A DNA stretch of 59,169 nt, from positions 21,302,621 through 21,361,789 of the forward strand of contig NC_069000.1 in the NCBI RefSeq assembly GCF_001194135.2, given 5' to 3'. The notes beneath the pieces were generated by a model that ran no database searches, had not been told where the DNA came from, and worked only from the letters and a program-made list of their open reading frames with translations. Below are positions 48,819 through 59,169 of the stretch, in pieces (the stretch's first letter is position 1; every line of letters starts with the position of its first letter). Both the position numbers and the translations under genes were made by a program. The stretch is from Octopus bimaculoides (Eukaryota).

Positions 48819-49143
48819 CGGAGAGACAGATAGATAGATAGATAGATAGATATGAATGCATATGTATATATATGTGTATACATATGTATATATACAGAGT
48901 CTACCAAAACATGTATATCCACTTCAGGAAAGGAAAAAAATCTATATAAATATCTAAATTGTGTAAGTACCCCTATAAATATAGACACCTCTTTCAATGT
49001 TTTATCAAAAATTGTGATAACACTGAATAAATTGTAATAACACTCAGTTAAAATATTCATACAGACTTTTCCATTCCTGAGGTGTGTATACACTTCTTTG
49101 GTGAACTCAGTACACACACACCCACATAAATATATTTAACTTT

Positions 49144-49369
49144 GGCGGCGAGCTGGCAGAAACGTTAGCACACCGGGCGAAATGCTTAGCAGTATTTCGT
49201 CTGCCGTTACATTCTGAGTTCAAATTCCGCCGAGGTCGACTTTACCTTTCATCCTTTCGGGGTCGATAAATTAAGTGCCAGTTACGCACTGGGGTCAATG
49301 TAATCGACTTAATCCCTTTGTCTGTCCTTGTTTGTCCCGTCTATGTTTAGCCCCTTGTGGGCAATAAAA
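49144..49369 (+). mobile_element. SINE family B, young full-length copy
   Basis: ggcggcgagctggcagaaacgttagc...gagttcaaattccgccgaggtcgac...tttcatcctttcggggtcgataaattaagt...tail; CpG-rich. Confidence 0.92.
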
Positions 49370-50624
49370 TGACTTGTTTCAGTCATTTGACTGAATATAT
49401 ATCTACAGTTAAGTATATGTCTGGTCATACAGAGCTGATCACTAGTTGTGATGTTGTGGCATCGATGCCGGGCCGTGATTCTTGTTATTCAGATGTATGT
49501 ATGGATACATATATATGTGTGTGCATGTAGGTGTTTATTCATATATACATTTATATATAGAGTGAGAGTTGCCTATAACAAGTAACTTTGTCTGATATTG
49601 CATGTTGATAGTGAAGTACCCCATGGTACATGCAGCCATTTAATAACATACAGAGTTGTTAAATTTTGTTTTATGTGGCCTCAAAATTTTTCCTAGCCCA
49701 GCTGTGACCTGGTCCTTAACAGATCTACTGGGACTACTAGCCACTTCTTATAAGCATAAAGTATTTTGTTTCCTTTTTGTTTTTGTCTTTCCCATTGAAT
49801 TTAGAGACAGATGTTTCTTATATTCACATAAATTTACTTTGAACTCCTTGATATGGGTCACTGGTTGGTCATCATTAATCCTTTCTCAGGGGCTTTCATT
49901 CTTTTGAACCCATAACATTAGGGTGTCAACAACTGACCAGTGACTTCAATCACTGGTCAGTCATTGTTTAAATCATAGAAATCTAGTTTTTGTTATTTAT
50001 TTTACAGTGTACAGGGTGTGGGTATATTGTGTGGATGGCTAAATGTCTCAGACAGCAATCAGTATAAACTTAAAATATTTAATTATATATAAATACAAGG
50101 TTATTACTTGTCAAAATATGCCTGGAACAAGCCATTGATTGTATATTGTTTATGTACACTCTGAAAAAATTATATGCTCAAACACATATATATGTATGTG
50201 CATGTATACACTTACTCACACAAACACACATATATATGTATCTTTTAGCTTTTATCTTTCACTTGTTTCAGTCACTGGACTTATGGCCTTGCTGAGGTAC
50301 CAACTTGAAGAGTTTTAGTCAAATAAATCAAATCTAGGCCTCGCCTAGAGAATCATCCATGTACCTCTATTTCATTTATTAATTCCTTCAGTCAACTGGA
50401 GTGATATAGATAGAATGAGGCATGTCATGTCTAGACTGAAACAGCTGCAAGTCATTATCCCATTTTCTGTCACTATATGTCACTTTTTAATTACTGATAT
50501 GACATAACATGTCACATGTGTTTGTATATTGTCCTTTTAGTAAACAAATAAACAAGTAAATTGACACAATACAATGTCTTTAAGTTGATGAATACCACCT
50601 ATTCCCCTCCATTTTCTAATTGCT

Positions 50625-50860
50625 ATCATCATCATCATCATCATTATCATCGTTTAACGTCCGCTTTCCATGCTAGCATGGGTTAGACGATTTGACTGAG
50701 GATTAGTGAACCAGATGGCTACACCAGGCTCCAATCTGATTTGGCAGAGTTTCTACAGCTGGATGCCCTTCCTAACGCCAACCACTCTGAGAGTGTAGTG
50801 GGTGCTTTTACGTGCTACCAGCACGAAGGCCAGTCAGGCGGTACTGGCAATGGCCACGCT
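50625..50860 (-). mobile_element. RTE LINE 3' UTR, young copy
   Basis: Reverse complement of the 22238 and 41280 family. Confidence 0.85.
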
Positions 50861-50899
50861 CTCTGAAATTGTTTCTGATGAAGTAAAAAACTGGAGAGG

Positions 50900-51445
50900 G
50901 ATGCTCAACTTTGTTTCCTCCCACAACGCAGGCTCATCTGATAACTGAGATAAAAGTTTGTCCGAATGTTCTTTGGAAACATTCACATCTACATCTCACT
51001 GATCTCTGAGGTTGTTTGGCAGAGTGTTGCAAAGTTGTAAACCCTTGAAACCTAAGCTATTAAACACTGAGTCCTTATTCTAAATGAAGAGGACAGGATC
51101 TTTGGTAGTATGCAGTGGCATCCCAGTTGGTGGTTGGTATAGTTTTCAATCCCAATGTTAGGAACTAAAACTTTCAAGGTACTCCATATATATGTCACAG
51201 CATATCTTTTGCATCTTCTCTCTAGGGAGTAGTGCCTCAGTTCTTTTAACCTCTCCCAGTTTTCTCATCTGTAGTACCAAGTCAATATTTGTGTAGTGGC
51301 TGGTGTTGGATTGACTCAAATTCTGCTGTTAGTATGATGGTTTATGGCAACCACAGTTAGGAGCAGAAATCTAAGTGACTAAGAACAAATGTTCTTCACA
51401 GGAGTAGCATGGTTTCATCTTTCGTTGTTTCAAATTATTTCAGAA
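50900..51445 (-). mobile_element. CR1-clade LINE C-terminal remnant
   Basis: Minus-strand remnants FVLSHLDFCS, AEFESIQ, WERLKELRHYSLERR, RYAVTYIW, NSLGFKG and LP..LRD. Confidence 0.75.
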
Positions 51446-52124
51446 TCCAGCCAACTTGCCTGCTCAGTGTTGCCAACTTAGTAATATGCGCATGGAAATT
51501 TGCATCATTACTCAAGTGGATTCTTAGGTCATGTGCCAGCTCTGACTCTGTGACTGCATTAAATATATGAATATGTACACACACAACACTAACCTATCCA
51601 ACTGAATAAATAAATTCTGCAGTTTCAGAAATAGTTCCTTGTGTCCACTTGATGGATATTGCCTTAGTAAGAATGCTGTATACAAATGATCCATATGTGC
51701 ACTTGGAAACATCTATGCATATATTGAAGCTACTTCAGATAATTTTAAATGCTAATATCATAATCACACTTGCAGCTTTAGGGATAGGAGGAAAGTTAAT
51801 TTTACATCTTTAGTTCTTTTGTTTTTTGTTTTTTTATAAGAAAGCTTCCTGATAAAGAGATTGAGTATGAAATTGGTTGGTGTATTATATGGAAAGCACA
51901 ACCATATAAAGTTAGTAATGATGTATGTAATTTGTGTAATATGACACTTATGAAATAATTAAGTGTAAATCAAATATCATTAACCAATGAAATGATGTAA
52001 TAAAATGATGTCCACACATGCACCATCTGTCCTTCCTACACAATACAAAAAAATTAATGTAAAAGATTTAACCTAAATGCACTATTACTATCATTATTAT
52101 TACTAAATGTATGTGAGTTGGCAT

Positions 52125-52325
52125 AATCGTTAGCATACCAAGCAAAGCACTTAACAGCATTTCATCCATCTTCATAGCCCTAAGTTCAAATTCTGCCAAG
52201 GTCATCTTAGCCTTTCATCCTTTTGGGATCAATAAAATAAGTACAAATAAATCACTGGGGTCGTTCTAATTGACTTAACCCATCCTCTGAAATTGCTAGC
52301 CATGTGCCAAAATTTGAAACTAATA
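52125..52325 (+). mobile_element. SINE family B, diverged
   Basis: gtgagttggcataatcgttagc...agttcaaattctgccaaggtc...cctttcatccttttggg. Confidence 0.7.
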
Positions 52326-52541
52326 TTACTATTAGCAGTTAACCCCTATAAGTCTGCCCCTCAAATTAGTATAACTTCTATTTTCTATGTTTCTCTAATT
52401 CTACTTTGCTTAGTTTATTAATCCCAGTCCAGACTGGGTTGATTCTGGCTGGCAATTCAGCATTACCACATAGAGATAGTAATATTAAAATATGATTAGT
52501 GTCTATCTTTAATCTATGAGCTAATTAACTAAATCCTTTCT

Positions 52542-52623
52542 CATAAATTAGTTAAACGATGTCCACAAATCTCTTTTCATTAATTAGTTATACGATGTCA
52601 TAAATTAGTAATACGATGTCCAC
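52542..52623. repeat. Degenerate 21-25 bp tandem repeat, three copies
   Basis: cataaattagttaaacgatgtccac / cattaattagttatacgatgt / cataaattagtaatacgatgtccac. Confidence 0.8.
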
Positions 52624-53729
52624 TGGTCCTCCTTATATTTTACCAATAATTGAACTATTAGCTTGAACTTGAGATTGCTAATAATACTACCAGTTAACTC
52701 TAAAAAGTAGCCCCCTTAGTTTACTTATATTTTATTTATTTATTTTTTTTTTTTGAAATTTATTTTATTTGATTATATTCAATTTCTCACATTTAGCTTG
52801 TTGCTTCCATTTACATAATATGTAATCTTCACTGTAGTATAGTATATCCTAATTCTCAGGATTGATAGTGGGATGGCTTGATAACGCATAAATCATTGGA
52901 TGTATGTATATGAATATCATCTGCATGCATGTATGTATGTATGTATGTGTGTATATATNNNNNNNNNNNNNNNNNNNNNNNNNNNNNNNNNNNNNNNNNN
53001 NNNNNNNNNNNNNNNNNNNNNNNNNNNNNNNNNNNNNNNNNNNNNNNNNNNNNNNNNNNNNNNNNNNNNNNNNNNNNNNNNNNNNNNNNNNNNNNNNNNN
53101 NNNNNNNNNNNNNNNNNNNNNNNNNNNNNNNNNNNNNATATATATGTAAATAATAATATAGATTGATTTGGTCACTTAAGCAAAATGATGAACTACTATT
53201 TATGAAATTGCAATTTTGATATAAATATTTTAAATGAGAAATGGTGTATGCGTAACCATGTGTATGAGAATATTCATATGAAGTGTATGCATGCTTATGT
53301 TCAAATGTGTTATCAATGGTCTTGGAATGACATTGCTGTCCTTCTGAGTCAGCCATGCATGAAATTCCAACAGTTTAGGCCACTTTCCTACTTCTACTAA
53401 AACAAATACATTATTTTAACAAACCTGGCCTGTCTTGATATATAAACCCTGATATATTTTTCTTCATTTCTTCCATACTCCTCATTCTCTTTACTTCTTT
53501 ATTTACTCATTTATTTTATTCTCTCTTTTTTTTTCCCCCCATCATATGGTTTATTCTTTTAAATACTACATGGTCGCTCAACCCAAATCTTTAGAGAGCA
53601 AAGCTGTTATGCTGCACTGGCAAAGGTACATTTACGTGACACTGGTACATGTGCTTTTTACATGGCACCAACGAGCCTACAAGGTTATGGATGGTCAACT
53701 AGAGAGGATTATATATTCTTTTATTCTTT

Positions 53730-53930
53730 CATTCTTTTACTTGTTTCAGTCACTTGACTGCAACCATGCTGGAACACTGCCTTTAGTCAAATAAATCAAC
53801 CCCGGGACTTATTCTTTGTAAGCCTAATACTTATTCTATTGGTCTCTTTTGGCAAACCTCTAATTTATGGGGATGTAAACACACCAACATTGGCTGTCAA
53901 GCAATGGTGAGGGGACAAACAAAGATGCAG
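53730..53930 (-). mobile_element. SINE family A, 3' half
   Basis: ttttacttgtttcagtc...gggacttattctttgtaagcc. Confidence 0.75.
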
Positions 53931-53945
53931 AAATACATATACATA

Positions 53946-54009
<64 letters not shown>

Positions 54010-54244
54010 TAGGTATCAGTTAGAGGAGTTTAATACCTGTAAGGAATAATTAAATCCAAAGTCGCTCCTGGTAATTACCTGGGTATGTACAGTCTTTTGT
54101 AAAGTTGTACAGTAGCAGGTGATTCGGTTGGTAGACAGTAGTTTAGGTTATATAGGAAAAGAAAATGGATGTAATACCTAATTAAATTAAAGGCATACCA
54201 ATGAAAACAACGAGTTTCCCGTTGTTATTACATCCATTTCCTTC

Positions 54245-54299
<55 letters not shown>

Positions 54300-54318
54300 T
54301 CGCTAACCACTATACACA

Positions 54319-54475
54319 TTTTTTTTCTCTCCTTGTTTCTTTCTGTGTTCCTTTCTGTGGAAGATCTTAGGCTCAAAACGTTAAAGAATTTTTCAATTCC
54401 TGGCCGTTATAATAATACATCTATTTGTTTTCTACACCACCTGTCTTCGTATGTTGCTTTTTTGTGAATTCTCCC
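54319..54475 (+). mobile_element. Second, more degraded copy of the 48491-48655 repeat
   Basis: ctccttgtttctttctgtgttcctttctgtggaagatcttaggctcaaaacgttaaag...caccacctgtcttcgt...gtgaattctccc. Confidence 0.6.
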
Positions 54476-54909
54476 TATATATATATATATATATATATGA
54501 CAGGCTTCTTTCAGTCTCCTACTCCCAAGGCTTTGGTTGGCCCAAGGCTATAGTAGAAGACACTTGCCCAAAGTGCCATGCAGTTGGACTGAACCCAGAA
54601 CTAAGTGACTGGGAAGCAAGCTTCTTACAACACAGCCACTCCTATATAATATATATACACATATGACAGTATTCTTTATGTTTCCATATATCAAAACCAG
54701 TTACAAGGTCTTAGTCCAGGGCTGTAATAGAAGATTCTTGCCAAGGTGTCACACAGTGGGACTGAACTAAAGACTACATGGTTGGGAAGCAAGCTTCTTA
54801 ACAACACGATCATAACTGTGCCTAGATATACAAATATATACATATATACATGTGCATTATATGCTTGTATACACACAAACACATGTGTGAGTGTGTTTGT
54901 GTGTGTCAA

Positions 54910-56100
54910 GTGCAGGAGTGGCTGTGTGCAGTTGACCAACCTGTTCAGAACTTTTGGGCCGGGGTATCTGAACAATTACCAGAAATCCCTGGCTTGGCAG
55001 TGTTTCCGTGCGGCGTTACCTGTTCGTGATAAACTGTCAAGGCACGGAAGTGCCGTATCGCCAACATGTCCGAGGTGTGGGCAGGACAGGGAAACCGTCT
55101 TGCACGCATTCATGGAATGTCCGGAATTAACGGGACTGATAGTTTTCGCAGAACAACTGTTGTCATCGATGGGAAGAGTACAGCTATCAGCTGAATCTAT
55201 CATCGAGATTGTGCCGCCTCCTTCCCTCAACAGGGAAAGGAAGGCTTGCTTTTCCTGCGTAGTAGCCATACTGAAAGAAACAGTATGGAAGACGCGTGTA
55301 AGAGGCATAGTGACGGATACCTTTGTATCTGGCCAGGGGTTAGTTAACTTTTTTTGTTACCACCTCAGTAGGAAGATCAGGCTGGAGAAGAGGTATCTGT
55401 CACAAGACAAATTCATGAGAAGATGGAAGCCTGTGGCAAGGAAGCTGGGAGTGTTTGGCACCAGGTAAGTGGAAGCCAAAAAGAAGGGAAAGAAAAAGCA
55501 AGGGGTCTACCCTGGTGGTTGGATGCCTATCCTTCAGGAAAGCCATTACAAATTGCATCTGTAATGAGCAATGCTTTAATCGAACTTTGTAAATATAATC
55601 AAATTATTATTGTATATTTAAAATTGTAAATATTTAATCGATACAGCTACTTCACCCCTTTTATGTTTGTCTGTCTTTGTTCGTCCCCTCTTTGTAATGC
55701 CTTTATAGCAAATATTTATGAGATAAAGTAGCTTGCTTACCAACCACATGGTTCCGGGTTCATTCCCACTGTGTGGCACCTTGGGCGAGTGTCTTCTACT
55801 ATAGCCTCGGGCCGACCAAAGCCTTGTGAGTGGATTTGGTAGACGGAAAACTGAAAGAAGCCCGTCGTATATATGTATATGTATATATGTATGTGTGTGT
55901 CTGTGTTTGTCCTCCCAACATCGCTTGACAACCGATGCTGGTGTGTTTACGTCCCCGTAACTTAGCGGTTCAGCAAAAAGAGACTGATAGAATAAGTACT
56001 AGGCATCCAAAGAATGGAGGCGATTTGCTCGACTAAAGGCGGTGCTCCAGCATGGCCACAGTCAAATGACTGAAACAAGTAAAAAAAAGAAAAAGAGTTA
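54910..56100 (+). mobile_element. SINE family A split by the LINE (54910-54928 and about 55724-56100)
   Basis: gtgcaggagtggctgtgtg | LINE | aagtagcttgcttaccaaccacatgg reconstitutes the intact head seen at 34888. Confidence 0.85.
54929..55725 (+). mobile_element. 5'-truncated L1/Tx1-clade LINE (ORF2 C-terminal zf-RVT region plus 3' UTR)
   Basis: About 179 uninterrupted codons to TAA at 55466-68, including AWQCFRAALPVRDKL...CPRCGQDRETVLHAFMECP (C-x2-C-x8-H-x4-C), followed by about 257 nt of UTR. Confidence 0.85.
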
Positions 56101-56109
56101 AATTTGCTA

Positions 56110-56488
56110 TAGCTGTGCGGTAAGAAGTTTACTTCCCAGCTACATGGTTCCAAGTTCATCCCATTGTGCGGAAGCTTGAGCAAATGCCTGCTACTATTGT
56201 CCTGGGTCAACAAAAGCCTAGTAAGAGGATATGGTGAGTGGAAACTGAAAGAAGATTGCCATGTGTGTGTGTGTATATCTTTGTCCCTCTGTCCCTCACC
56301 ATCACTTCACAACCAGTGTTGGTTTGTTTATGTCCCTGTAATTTAGTGTTTTAGCAAAAGAGAGCAAGAGAATGAGTATCAAGTTTAAAAAAAAAAAAGT
56401 ACTGAGGTTGATTTGTTTGACTAAAATCTTTCAAAGTCGTGCCCCAGCATGGCTGCAGTCCAATGACTGAGACAAGTAAAAGATAAAT
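56110..56488 (+). mobile_element. SINE family A, diverged
   Basis: gctgtgcggtaagaagttt...gagacaagtaaaagataaa. Confidence 0.75.
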
Positions 56489-56799
56489 GATACCTTCCGC
56501 CAAAATGTAGAACCAATAGAGGACACGCACAAACACACACACATCTAGACAGATATACATATCGATATATATTATATATACAAATACACATACATATACA
56601 CACGCATATATATGTAGATATATATACACACACATATATACGTAGATACATTACATACATACATACATACATACACACATATATATATACATACATACAT
56701 TACACACATACATACATATACGGAAATATATTTAAATGTACTCAAAAGAAATATACACACGTGTGTGAATATGTAAGTGTGTGTATGTATTTATTTTTC

Positions 56800-59138
56800 T
56801 ATAAGCCAAACATCGACATCGAGGCAGCAACTATGAAGAACAGGCAAAAACGCTAATAGGATTTTTAAAAAAATGAAAAAAAAAAAAAAATGTAATCACT
56901 TTACCAAAATGACAATGAATAACTATATTTTAAACCCCCGTACGATCCAAAATGGGAGCCTGTACATGGTCTTTTACTTCGCTAGAAATAACAAACAAAT
57001 TGACCATTAACCACATCCTTTACGCTTAAATAAGGAAATGATACATTAAATAATTTAAGTCCTTATATAACCCTAAAATTAACGGGATAGTCGTGGCTGT
57101 AAAGTGTTTGATGAGAAATCTGTTCGATCAGAGTAGACCTGGAGCTAAAGAACACTTCATATAGCAAAGTCAACGGAATTCAATAAAAATGTGTTACAAA
57201 ACAATAAATAGAAAACAAACATGCTATCGAAATGTTTTGATGTGAGACGGGGGAAAGGGATAGTGATTAAGAAGGACTCCGTAAGCATGAAGTTTTGGGG
57301 TCGATCTTTGTGAAATTTTGGATATGTCTTTTACTTATACAGCCTTGAGGTGAGCCAAGCTCCAACAGTTAAATTGGGTATACGGAAACTGTATGGAAGC
57401 CCAGCGGATGAAATGTACCTGTAATACAAAGGGACCAATATTGTCGCCCTCTGTGTCACGTTGATCCTGTCTGAGGATAACATTAAAAGTACAAGTGTCT
57501 GTGGAATGCTCAGCCACTTTGTAATTCAATGAATACGTAGTTCAATTGGAACACTCATAGTCGAAACTGACATTATACNNNNNNNNNNNNNNNNNNNNNN
57601 NNNNNNNNNNNNNNNNNNNNNNNNNNNNNNNNNNNNNNNNNNNNNNNNNNNNNNNNNNNNNNNNNNNNNNNNNNNNNNNNNNNNNNNNNNNNNNNNNNNN
57701 NNNNNNNNNNNNNNNNNNNNNNNNNNNNNNNNNNNNNNNNNNNNNNNNNNNNNNNNNNNNNNNNNNNNNNNNNNNNNNNNNNNNNNNNNNNNNNNNNNNN
57801 NNNNNNNNNNNNNNNNNNNNNNNNNNNNNNNNNNNNNNNNNNNNNNNNNNNNNNNNNNNNNNNNNNNNNNNNNNNNNNNNNNNNNNNNNNNNNNNNNNNN
57901 NNNNNNNNNNNNNNNNNNNNNNNNNNNNNNNNNNNNNNNNNNNNNNNNNNNNNNNNNNNNNNNNNNNNNNNNNNNNNNNNNNNNNNNNNNNNNNNNNNNN
58001 NNNNNNNNNNNNNNNNNNNNNNNNNNNNNNNNNNNNNNNNNNNNNNNNNNNNNNNNNNNNNNNNNNNNNNNNNNNNNNNNNNNNNNNNNNNNNNNNNNNN
58101 NNNNNNNNNNNNNNNNNNNNNNNNNNNNNNNNNNNNNNNNNNNNNNNNNNCAACATTGACGGCAAACAAACAAACTAGGAATATATATACGACAACCAGA
58201 TGGCTGTGTTTAAAACGGCAACGATCCCAGCATCAACAGCGTCAAATCAGCAGCAACAGTGGCAGTGGCATCAATAATAATCAATAATCACCATCATCAT
58301 CATCATCACCTACATACATACATACACTGTCAGCAGCAGTGGTGGTGAGAAGTGGCTGGCAATGGATATGGGAACAAGGTGTTCGCCTCTCGGTTCAGGG
58401 AGTTGCGTGTTCGTACATTGCCAGTGGTACAATGCAGAACAACCGTGAAAGACACTGTGCTAGACAGTGAACATTGACTGCACCTTCGAAATTTCACCTG
58501 ATGGCGGTACATGGAGAAATAGAAGGGAACGGAAAGAGAGAGAGAGAGAGAGAGACAGAGAACGAGAGAGTGAGACAGAGGAGGAGGAAGAGGAGGGGGA
58601 ACAGAGTGAAATAGTGAGAAACAAGGTGACAGAGAGAGAGAGAGAGAGAGAGAGAAACACGATTCGGTATTGGTGTGTTGATGTGACAGGGAGTTTGCTA
58701 TTCTACAGAGAGGAGTTCGAATCCTTTCAACCGAGAATAATTAGGCAACAGCAATGACAACAATAATAGTAATAGTTATTGCTGCTGATGCTGTTGTTGG
58801 ACTGAACATCACAAAGCAGACGACGTTGGTGTGTGTGTGTGTGTGTGTTTAGCAAGGGACAGACTGGGTAGTATGAAATGGTAACAAACGAGCAGGAATT
58901 GGGACCGTAATCATTGTCTGTTTCAAGAAAAAGTGGCTTCTTAAAGTGGGAACTCCCACAACAAAGCATTAAATTATCAAAATCGCTTACATCCAGCTGC
59001 TTCATTTGCTGTCTATTAATGACACAGATCAATTGATTTGAAAACCTCCCAACACCTCATCCGTCCATCACACACACACACACACACAAACGTTTGCAAA
59101 TGTAAAATCGCACTTTCTGTAAACACTTTCTAATCAGA

Positions 59139-59169
<31 letters not shown>
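56800..59169. promoter_or_regulatory. CpG-retaining region, candidate unmethylated 5' or promoter region of the minus-strand gene
   Basis: By eye, about 20 or more CpG per kb including in unique sequence, versus a few per kb in old intronic sequence elsewhere. Position is 5' of the AMPD exons. No TSS evidence. Confidence 0.35.
57579..58150. other. Assembly gap, 572 N
   Basis: Run of n. Confidence 1.

Noticed and set aside
54746-54928. N-terminal 61 aa of the 240-aa ORF
   Set aside because: It is read-through from SINE and microsatellite sequence; the real LINE coding part starts at about 54929.
2976-58173. Long ORFs consisting mostly of X (for example 18113..19252, 46381..46986, 57526..58173)
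   Set aside because: They are artefacts of translating N gaps.

Overview
AT-rich, repeat-dense animal genomic DNA from a draft assembly with many N gaps. The SINE and MITE families match, from memory, those of Octopus, so the host assignment is an inference. Most of the window appears intronic. Two spliced coding exons of an AMP deaminase gene (AMPD2-like) lie on the minus strand at 24825-25005 and 21925-22117; they join in frame and the second is absent from the ORF track. No other AMPD exon could be identified with confidence. The rest is transposon debris: two tRNA-derived SINE families, RTE, RTE-X-like, CR1-like, Tx1/L1-like and R4/Dong-like LINE fragments, a full-length dead Tc1 element with DD36E spacing, mariner, hAT and piggyBac-type MITEs, and microsatellites. 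The most notable observation is a small element at 26112-26491. It joins a tRNA-like Pol III head to a minimal Penelope-type hammerhead ribozyme motif and lies sense to the AMPD pre-mRNA, about 1.2 kb before a splice acceptor. A second, degenerate hammerhead-like family occurs at about 48.6 and 54.4 kb. Other highlights are a young Tx1-like LINE inserted into a SINE head whose 3' end resembles the tail of the other SINE family, perfect 18-bp and 23-bp hairpins, and a CpG-retaining right end that may be the gene's 5' region. Repeat boundaries are approximate unless TIRs or TSDs are quoted.
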